Shown here: in pieces, positions 57,505 to 64,000 of the stretch
Position numbering within the stretch: position 1 is the first letter of the stretch
Layout of the letters: every line of letters starts with the position of its first letter
NCBI GenBank assembly: GCA_964578255.1
Contig: CAZOCC010000035.1
Location: 6,262-70,261, forward strand
DNA: 64,000 nt
Direction: 5' to 3'
Source of the DNA: an uncultured Dehalococcoidia bacterium
GTDB taxonomy: Bacteria; Chloroflexota; Dehalococcoidia; Lucifugimonadales; UBA2985
Position numbers and translations under genes: made by a program
The notes under the pieces: generated by a model
The model's input: only the letters and a program-made list of their open reading frames with translations
What the model was told of the DNA's origin: nothing
Database searches by the model: none

Positions 57505-57599
57505 TAAAACACCTGCATCTTGTGAAAAGGGCATTAACACAGTAGATTATATCGAATGAAATAGGTAATTGACTCTCTGAGTTGATATAGACAGATATC

Positions 57600-59447
57600 A
57601 TGCAAAATCGCAGAAATAGAAACTCTAGAAACTCTAGAAACTCTAGGCAGAAGAATGTAAATCCAACTAATGGAGTTGGATCTGTTCAGGATTCTCAGCA
57701 AACGACCTTGCCGGAGACAGTGGCATTACCCACCACCCTCACTGTGAAACAACTTGCAGATATATTGCGAGTTGATCCGATAGACGTGATAAAAGAGCTG
57801 ATACGTAATGGGGTGATGGCTAATATAAATCAGGCGATAGACTTTGATAATGCATCATCAGTCGCTTCCGAATTAGGATTTACCGTTACCTCACTGGATG
57901 AAGCCGATCAAGACATACCAGAATACACCGAAGTGGATATAGAAACTGATCCAGATAGACTAGTGAGTAGACCGCCAGTAATAACGATATTGGGACATGT
58001 GGATCATGGTAAAACAACCCTTTTGGATGCTATTAGGCAAAGTAACGTAACTGATGCTGAGGTTGGGGGCATCACTCAACGTATAGGGGCTTATCAGGTG
58101 GAATACAAGGGCCAGAAGCTAACCTTTCTTGATACCCCAGGACACGAGGCATTCACATCGATGAGGTCCCGAGGTGCAAAGGTAACTGACATAGCTGTAT
58201 TGGTTGTTGCCGCCGATGATGGCGTTATGCCACAGACAATAGAAGCGATAAACCATGCAAAGTCGGCAGAGGTACCAATAGTGGTAGCAATCAACAAGGT
58301 CGATGTCCCGGACAGTGACATTGATCGGGTCAAGAGTCAATTAGTGGAGCATGGATTGGTCATAGAAGAGTGGGGCGGAGAAGTTATAGTAGTACCGATT
58401 TCAGCTCGTGACCATTTGGGTATAGAAGATCTACTTGAAAATATCTTAGTGGTTGCGGAGATATCGGACCTCAAAGCTGATCCTGGAAGACCGGCGGTAG
58501 GGGTGATAATAGAAGCCAATATTGACAAAAGCAAAGGTCCGGTTGCAACAGTATTGATACAAACAGGGACTCTAGAGGTGGGGCAAATAGTGGTATCTGG
58601 GGATTCGTGGGGCAGAGTTAAGGCTCTCATAGATGATTCTGGCATGAGGATTACAAAGGCGGATCCTTCTACCCCAGCAGAAATCCTGGGTCTCACACAA
58701 GTTCCACAGGTTGGTGAAACCCTCAGGCAGGTTCATAACCAGAAAATTGCAAAAGACTTAATCCGAGACAGACAACGCCTCCCGAACGCAAATCAGCCGA
58801 TAGCCCTAACCACACTTGAAGATGCTTCCTCAAGCATAGGAACCGGACAGATAACAGAGCTAAACTTGATAGTAAAGACCGACATTCAAGGCAGCCTTGA
58901 TGCTATCAGGGGAACATTGGATAAATTATCCTCCGATTTGGGAAGGGTGAACATTGTGCATATGTCCACTGGAACTATTAATGAGGGTGACGTGCTGTTG
59001 GCAAGTGCATCTAACTCTACAATCATTGGGTTTAACACCAAGATAGAACCAGGAGCCAAGCGGATGGCCCAAGTGGACAAAACTGACGTTAGATTCTACG
59101 AAATCATATACAGACTCTCAGAGGATATACAGAAGGCTTTAGAAGGTCTACTAACACCGGTGGCTAAAGAGGTGATAGATGGACATTTGGAGGTAAGGGC
59201 AATATTCAACCTGGGCAGGAGAATCAAGATTGCCGGATCATATGTTACAGACGGGCGAGTTTCAAGAACATCTTCGGTGAGGGTAACGAGAGACGGAGAG
59301 ATCTTGCACTCAGGACCTGTTGATAGTTTAAAGCACTTCAAGGACGATGTGCGGGAAGTCACCGTGGGCTTTGAATGTGGTATAACTATTGATGGATTTA
59401 GTGACTTGCAGATAGGTGACTCTCTAGAAGCTTTTCATATAGAGTAA
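57600..59447 (+). CDS. infB: translation initiation factor IF-2
   Basis: 615 aa. G domain [20 protein letters not shown] and NKVD. Short N-terminal region. Confidence 0.95.
   Translation: MQNRRNRNSRNSRNSRQKNVNPTNGVGSVQDSQQTTLPETVALPTTLTVKQLADILRVDPIDVIKELIRNGVMANINQAIDFDNASSVASELGFTVTSLDEADQDIPEYTEVDIETDPDRLVSRPPVITILGHVDHGKTTLLDAIRQSNVTDAEVGGITQRIGAYQVEYKGQKLTFLDTPGHEAFTSMRSRGAKVTDIAVLVVAADDGVMPQTIEAINHAKSAEVPIVVAINKVDVPDSDIDRVKSQLVEHGLVIEEWGGEVIVVPISARDHLGIEDLLENILVVAEISDLKADPGRPAVGVIIEANIDKSKGPVATVLIQTGTLEVGQIVVSGDSWGRVKALIDDSGMRITKADPSTPAEILGLTQVPQVGETLRQVHNQKIAKDLIRDRQRLPNANQPIALTTLEDASSSIGTGQITELNLIVKTDIQGSLDAIRGTLDKLSSDLGRVNIVHMSTGTINEGDVLLASASNSTIIGFNTKIEPGAKRMAQVDKTDVRFYEIIYRLSEDIQKALEGLLTPVAKEVIDGHLEVRAIFNLGRRIKIAGSYVTDGRVSRTSSVRVTRDGEILHSGPVDSLKHFKDDVREVTVGFECGITIDGFSDLQIGDSLEAFHIE
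57618..57644 (+). repeat. 3 x 9-nt perfect tandem repeat inside infB codons 7-15
   Basis: agaaactct x3, encoding RNS-RNS-RNS. Confidence 0.9.
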
Positions 59448-59496
59448 AGTAAACTCTATGGGCACTACTACACTATTGATTTATTGCCAGTAAATT

Positions 59497-59859
59497 ATGC
59501 AACTTTCCCGCAGAACAGAACGGGTCAACATGCTCCTGCGACAAGCTTTGAGCGATATAATATTTCGTGAGATTAAAGACCCGAGGCTTATTAAAATAAT
59601 ATCTATTGTCAGCGTTAATGTGTCGAGAGATCTTAAATCTGCCAAAATATACACTAGTGTAATGGGCAATGAAGAAGAATCTCGTTCTGCAATTGATACC
59701 TTGAACTCAGCCTCTGGGTTTCTCAGGAGGGCCTTGAATGCCCGTTTGACATTAAGGTCAATCCCTTCATTAATTTTCGTCAATGACGATTCAATAGAAC
59801 AGGGGACATATCTACTGAACAAGATAAGTGACATCAATTCTGCGGATTCCAGCGAATAG
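59497..59859 (+). CDS. rbfA: ribosome-binding factor A
   Basis: 120 aa with RRTERVNMLLRQALSDII and SAKIYTSV motifs. Confidence 0.9.
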   Translation: MQLSRRTERVNMLLRQALSDIIFREIKDPRLIKIISIVSVNVSRDLKSAKIYTSVMGNEEESRSAIDTLNSASGFLRRALNARLTLRSIPSLIFVNDDSIEQGTYLLNKISDINSADSSE

Positions 59860-59879
59860 GATAGGGATACGGCAATCTG

Positions 59880-60827
59880 ATGAAAGAAGAAAGCGGAATC
59901 TTGAGTGTCATCAAGCCTCTAGGTTGGACATCTATGGATGTGGTTCGAAAGCTGAAGCGATTGACCAAGCAAAAGCGAGTAGGCCACGCGGGTACCTTGG
60001 ACCCCCTGGCCACGGGCCTCCTGCCAATTTGTTTTGGACAAGCGACTAGGGTAATGGAATATCTAGTAGATAGTCCAAAGACATATATGGCGGTTATACA
60101 ACTTGGTGTAAGTACCGACAGCTACGATGCTGCTGGACAAATAACCAGCGTTGCTGACAGTTCCTCAATAGGGGTTAAAGATATAGAATCCGCTCTTGAT
60201 CGATACAAAGGGACTTTCAGCCAAGTCCCACCTATGTTTAGTGCCTTAAAAAAAGATGGGAAAAGACTTTATAAGCTAGCAAGAGCAGGCAAGGAAGTAG
60301 ATAGACCGCCTAGAGAGGTTAGCATATACAAAATGGATATGCTGGACTGGAGCCACCCTAATGTGACATTAGAGATCCAGTGTGGTAGAGGCATGTATGT
60401 CAGGTCTTTGGCACACGATATAGGCGTAGACTTGGGATGCGGGGCTCACCTTAGTCATTTGGACCGAATCAGAACCGGACCATTTGATTATTCAACCGCT
60501 CTCGAAATATCAAAAGCGGAAACAGTATGCGCAACTGGGAGTTGGGCGTCCTGTCTCTATCCCATAGATTATCCCCTTATGAAGTTTATCGCCGCGACGG
60601 TTACTCAAGATATCGAGCAAGCTATACGTCAAAAACAGCCCGTATATCTCAACACGTCGCACGACGGATTAGAAACAAGCGATTTATGCAGGGTGTACTC
60701 GTCCGACGGACATTTGATCGCGATAGCCGAACCTAGTGGTAGCGGCAATAATATGTGGAGGGCAAAGAAGTTATTTAATCGAGATCTGATTGCCAAAGAC
60801 ACACGGAACGCGGTGGAAACTCCATAA
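59880..60827 (+). CDS. truB: tRNA pseudouridine(55) synthase TruB
   Basis: 315 aa with GILSVIKPLGWTS, VGHAGTLDPLATGLL (catalytic Asp) and QVPPMFSALK. Confidence 0.93.
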   Translation: MKEESGILSVIKPLGWTSMDVVRKLKRLTKQKRVGHAGTLDPLATGLLPICFGQATRVMEYLVDSPKTYMAVIQLGVSTDSYDAAGQITSVADSSSIGVKDIESALDRYKGTFSQVPPMFSALKKDGKRLYKLARAGKEVDRPPREVSIYKMDMLDWSHPNVTLEIQCGRGMYVRSLAHDIGVDLGCGAHLSHLDRIRTGPFDYSTALEISKAETVCATGSWASCLYPIDYPLMKFIAATVTQDIEQAIRQKQPVYLNTSHDGLETSDLCRVYSSDGHLIAIAEPSGSGNNMWRAKKLFNRDLIAKDTRNAVETP

Positions 60828-60918
60828 CGGACTCACCAAACCAATAGCGCCTCCAGAAATGCACCAACCTATCGTGGCAGCGTGATTTCAGTTGCCTAAT
60901 CTCGTGTCAACTCAAGGT

Positions 60919-61575
60919 TTAAACGGATCTGACTAGCAATTGTTCAGGATTTCCCTCCAGAACCACAGCGTGCTGGTTATGGGGCAGGCCAGATCCGAAA
61001 ATCACTGATTTGACTCGGTCCGCAGTTAATAAATCACCTGGTTCGTGAGCATCTGAATCCAGTACCATGCCAGCACCGGTAATCACACCGATATTAGCGA
61101 CGTGTCCATTAGCCAGGGAGTGACCATGTCTAGCAGATAGCTCCAGTAGCACACCCGTATTGGCGGCCATCAAAGCCTCCTCCTCTGTAATCAGACCTGG
61201 GTGTGCCAATATATCCACATACGAAGAACTTACAGCTGCAAGGTTTGTGCCTGGTTGTACAGGCTCAACCACTGTTTCTCCATGAACAATAACTATTTGT
61301 GCTCCCAGATCCTTGGCTCTCTGAGCAGCCTCATCTATCAGATTACTTGGAACGTGAGTAATTTCTACGCCAGCAAGCGCGGTTATGCCCCATTGCTGTG
61401 TAGCCCTACTACAATCAGCTAACAGCGTCTTGATGATATATTCTTGATCATGTAATCCTACATGATCGGTAACTGCAATAGCCGTGTAATCGTTGACGTG
61501 TGCCCTTCTTATTAATTCTAAAGGGGATAGGACTCCGTCACTCATATATGTATGGGTGTGAAAATCGTATATCAT
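60919..61575 (-). CDS. PHP-domain metal-dependent phosphoesterase (histidinol-phosphatase-like)
   Basis: 218 aa with DFHTHTYMSDG, ITHVP, IVHGE and DSDAH metal-ligand motifs. Confidence 0.8.
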   Translation of the reverse strand: MIYDFHTHTYMSDGVLSPLELIRRAHVNDYTAIAVTDHVGLHDQEYIIKTLLADCSRATQQWGITALAGVEITHVPSNLIDEAAQRAKDLGAQIVIVHGETVVEPVQPGTNLAAVSSSYVDILAHPGLITEEEALMAANTGVLLELSARHGHSLANGHVANIGVITGAGMVLDSDAHEPGDLLTADRVKSVIFGSGLPHNQHAVVLEGNPEQLLVRSV

Positions 61576-61815
61576 ATTTGTTCCTAGTCTGTGGTCAGGT
61601 GAGAGGATACCACGGAAAACCTAAAACCAACAATAGTGGCTCTACCGGTGTGTTAGTGGATCAGTCAGGGGAAATCTTGCTACTATATTATCTCCAGGGC
61701 TATAATCAACCGAGATACATTACTATAAGATATAATGCCATTATAGTGAACTTATTGATCTTTAAACTTCCTTACTTTTCGACAACAATCAATCTGCCAA
61801 AGGAGGGCTATTTAT

Positions 61816-62088
61816 ATGAAGGTATACTGGAGAGAGCATAAAACTGGCCAGAGGCTTATATTAGAAAATCAAAGTGGTGAGCAAGAGGAAGTGGGAGGTG
61901 TGAGACAAACTCCCAGAGGATTCGATGCTCTTGCAAAAACAATGGGATACGATCCTGGTCGAGCACAAAAGGGATTCTTAACGATGGAGGATGCTAAGGA
62001 ATTTGTGGAGTCTTTCCAACCATGGGATATATTCGTAGGGAGCTTGGAGGTAGAGTTGGATCCCAATGTGCATCCTATGCCGAGTTAA
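61816..62088 (+). CDS. hypothetical small protein
   Basis: 90 aa. Strong AAGGAGGG SD 8 nt upstream. No family recognised. Confidence 0.5.
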   Translation: MKVYWREHKTGQRLILENQSGEQEEVGGVRQTPRGFDALAKTMGYDPGRAQKGFLTMEDAKEFVESFQPWDIFVGSLEVELDPNVHPMPS

Positions 62089-62160
62089 AACATTGGAGCA
62101 GATATTAACAACATCAATTAATTATAATTATTCAGATTATATAAATGACAGGTAGATATT

Positions 62161-62802
62161 ATGGCCATATTTTATGATAAAGAAGTGAGAATTTATAAAA
62201 CAGAATGCGGTCCGTATGGGAATAATGCATATCTCCTAGTTTGTCCAGAAACTCTTGAAGGTGTAATCATTGATGCACCAATGGATCCAGGGCCAATACT
62301 GTTAGAATCCGAGGGGATATCAATAAAACATATTTTGGTTACACATAATCATAAAGACCATCTTTTCGGGCTCGAGGAGATAGTGGCCTCTACAGGTGGG
62401 CAATTCGCCATACACAGGGACGACAACAATAACTTACCTGCACAACCATCTTATTGCTTTGAAGACAACCAAGTCATGCAAATCGGTAAGAACATCCAAA
62501 TAAAAATAATACACACACCCGGCCACACACCTGGGTCAACCTGTTTTTTGGTTGGTGATCATCTCTTTACTGGGGATACCCTATTCCCAGGAGGACCAGG
62601 GAGAACAGGTTCGCATGAATCCCTGGAACAGATAATTGACAGTATAACTACTAAGATCTATACCTTGGGGGACGATTTATTTATGATGCCTGGCCATGGT
62701 GAGCACTCTTCACTGGGGATTTCCAAGGAGGAATATGCAATCTTCGTTCAGAAAGAGCATCCTGCTGATCTCAGCGGGGATGTTCTGTGGACTGGAAGCT
62801 AA
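62161..62802 (+). CDS. MBL-fold metallo-hydrolase
   Basis: 213 aa with THNHKDH (HxHxDH), HTPGHTPGS and GDTLFPGGPGR. Confidence 0.85.
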   Translation: MAIFYDKEVRIYKTECGPYGNNAYLLVCPETLEGVIIDAPMDPGPILLESEGISIKHILVTHNHKDHLFGLEEIVASTGGQFAIHRDDNNNLPAQPSYCFEDNQVMQIGKNIQIKIIHTPGHTPGSTCFLVGDHLFTGDTLFPGGPGRTGSHESLEQIIDSITTKIYTLGDDLFMMPGHGEHSSLGISKEEYAIFVQKEHPADLSGDVLWTGS

Positions 62803-62852
62803 GCACGATATTTACAGAATAACGGTAATATAAAATACATTTAATCAAGAAT

Positions 62853-63521
62853 ATGCAAACGACAGACAATCAAGGTAAGCATCTAGCATACTGCACAGTT
62901 TATCCGGATGGGTATGAACCAAGTAAAACATACCCCATTATTTTCCTGCTACATGGATTTGGCGCTAGCATGTATGACTTGGCAGGGCTGTCATATGTCA
63001 TAAGTACCACAGACTACATTTATATATGCCCTAATGCTCCGATATCAGTGGATTTAGGTAATGGCTTCGATGGATATGCCTGGACAGAACCTCGCACTCA
63101 AGATGTTCAACAATTTATAGATGCTGAGCAGAAGCTTTCGGGGTTTTTCGAAGAGATCATGGAAAATCACTCTGCATTTCAAGGGAATTGCCTATTGGCA
63201 GGATTCTCCCAAGGAGGCAGCATGACCTACCGATATGGATTGCCGAGGCCCGATATATTTTCCGGGCTAGTTGCCCTGAGTTGCTCTATACAAAACCCCG
63301 ACGAACTTGCAAAACAATTGCCGGAAAAACGAAACCAATCCATATTCATCGGCCACGGTTTGAGAGATGGTATTGAGCGCGCTAGGAGTTCCCGTGATTT
63401 TCTAGAGTCAGAAGGTTACGTTCCGACATATAAAGAATACGATATGAGGCACGAAATAACACAGGAGGTTATGAACGACCTCGTGCCATGGATTCACAGG
63501 ATACTTGGCGGAACTAACTAG
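62853..63521 (+). CDS. alpha/beta hydrolase, phospholipase/carboxylesterase family
   Basis: 222 aa. GFSQGGSM nucleophile elbow, with later Asp and His (HGLRD, MRHEI). Confidence 0.8.
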   Translation: MQTTDNQGKHLAYCTVYPDGYEPSKTYPIIFLLHGFGASMYDLAGLSYVISTTDYIYICPNAPISVDLGNGFDGYAWTEPRTQDVQQFIDAEQKLSGFFEEIMENHSAFQGNCLLAGFSQGGSMTYRYGLPRPDIFSGLVALSCSIQNPDELAKQLPEKRNQSIFIGHGLRDGIERARSSRDFLESEGYVPTYKEYDMRHEITQEVMNDLVPWIHRILGGTN

Positions 63522-63575
63522 AAGATTAGTCTTTCTATCGCTTGTCATTAACTAGTACGAAAGTACAGTAAACAA

Positions 63576-64000
63576 TCACACTACTATAAGTGGATTGTCT
63601 TCAGTTATTATATTGCTCTCATTTTGTAGGGCAAGACGCAGGTGCTTATTCATCTTAAATAGACCATGATGGGCCTCTCCATCATATGACAAAAGGGAAT
63701 CACAGGACCTATCAGATAACCTGCGATCGATTTCTTGTGCCGTCATTCCCAATGGGTCAATGTTAAAAGAGGCCAGGTGAAATCCCCAGTCAAAAGAGAA
63801 GGATGGGATCATCGCATGATACGGAAATACCCCTGAAAAGACGCTTCTAAGCGTGTTCGATATTGCAGTAAACGCCGCATGATTACCGGTCATGCATGGC
63901 TCAGACTGAACCGCTATTATGCCACCTTCAGCCAGCCTGTTACTAACCAATTGATAGAAGTTCTGGGTATACAGTAGGGATGCAGGCCCCCCTTCTTGTG
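63576..64000 (-). CDS. speE: spermidine synthase-like aminopropyltransferase, C-terminal part (gene continues beyond the window end)
   Basis: The frame is open to position 64000 (…QEGGPASLLYTQNFYQLVSNRLAEGGIIAVQSE…). SpeE-like LYT.(E/N)FY and C-terminal patterns. The N-terminus is outside the window. Confidence 0.75.
   Translation of the reverse strand, partial: QEGGPASLLYTQNFYQLVSNRLAEGGIIAVQSEPCMTGNHAAFTAISNTLRSVFSGVFPYHAMIPSFSFDWGFHLASFNIDPLGMTAQEIDRRLSDRSCDSLLSYDGEAHHGLFKMNKHLRLALQNESNIITEDNPLIVV

Noticed and set aside
1-64000. CRISPR arrays, rRNA genes, IS elements, toxin-antitoxin or defence-island signatures
   Set aside because: I scanned for them and found no spaced direct-repeat array, no transposase-like ORF, and no rRNA-like conserved blocks. 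The only stable RNAs recognised are tRNA-Pro and rnpB.

Overview
The window is a bacterial chromosomal segment, AT-rich by eye, and almost entirely housekeeping genes. Positions 266-21069 hold tRNA-Pro(UGG) followed by an uninterrupted ribosomal-protein supercluster. The order is rpsL-rpsG-fusA, then rpsJ through rpsQ (S10 block), rplN through rplO (spc block), secY-adk-map-infA-rpmJ, rpsM-rpsK-rpsD-rpoA-rplQ, and truA-rplM-rpsI. The rest carries Firmicutes/Chloroflexota-like conserved neighbourhoods: yloV-recG divergent from rpmB, dnaJ-prmA-rsmE-queF, RNase P RNA (type A), birA, glyQS, a K+-dependent membrane pyrophosphatase, aroK-aroB, and nusA-ylxR-infB-rbfA-truB. Assorted metabolic genes sit between them: XdhC/MocA-like maturation pair, family III CoA-transferase, amidase, MFS, YhhQ, hydrolases and a partial speE. 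The taxonomic impression (Terrabacteria, possibly Chloroflexota) is inference from gene order only. I found no CRISPR array, rRNA, prophage or clear mobile element.

The most interesting signals:
1. Two candidate selenoprotein genes that stop-to-stop ORF calling breaks or misses. One is an AhpE-type peroxiredoxin with TGA exactly at the peroxidatic Cys codon (27193-27195, minus strand). The other is an unlisted SelW/Rdx-like CxxU gene (52331-52594). Each has a hairpin at SECIS-like distance downstream of the TGA.
2. A large-serine-recombinase homologue whose catalytic Arg/Ser/Asp-Arg residues appear substituted. It sits 6 nt downstream of a coiled-coil zinc-ribbon (COG1579-like) gene and just upstream of rnpB.
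3. A promoter, short leader and canonical intrinsic terminator in front of nusA, a possible attenuator.
4. Lineage-specific ribosomal-protein extensions: a roughly 125-aa basic repeat-containing N-terminus on uL5, and acidic tails on uS3, uS17, uL13, RpoA and NusA.
5. Several statistically unlikely inverted or direct repeats in intergenic regions.

All homology statements are by-eye motif recognition. No database search was run.
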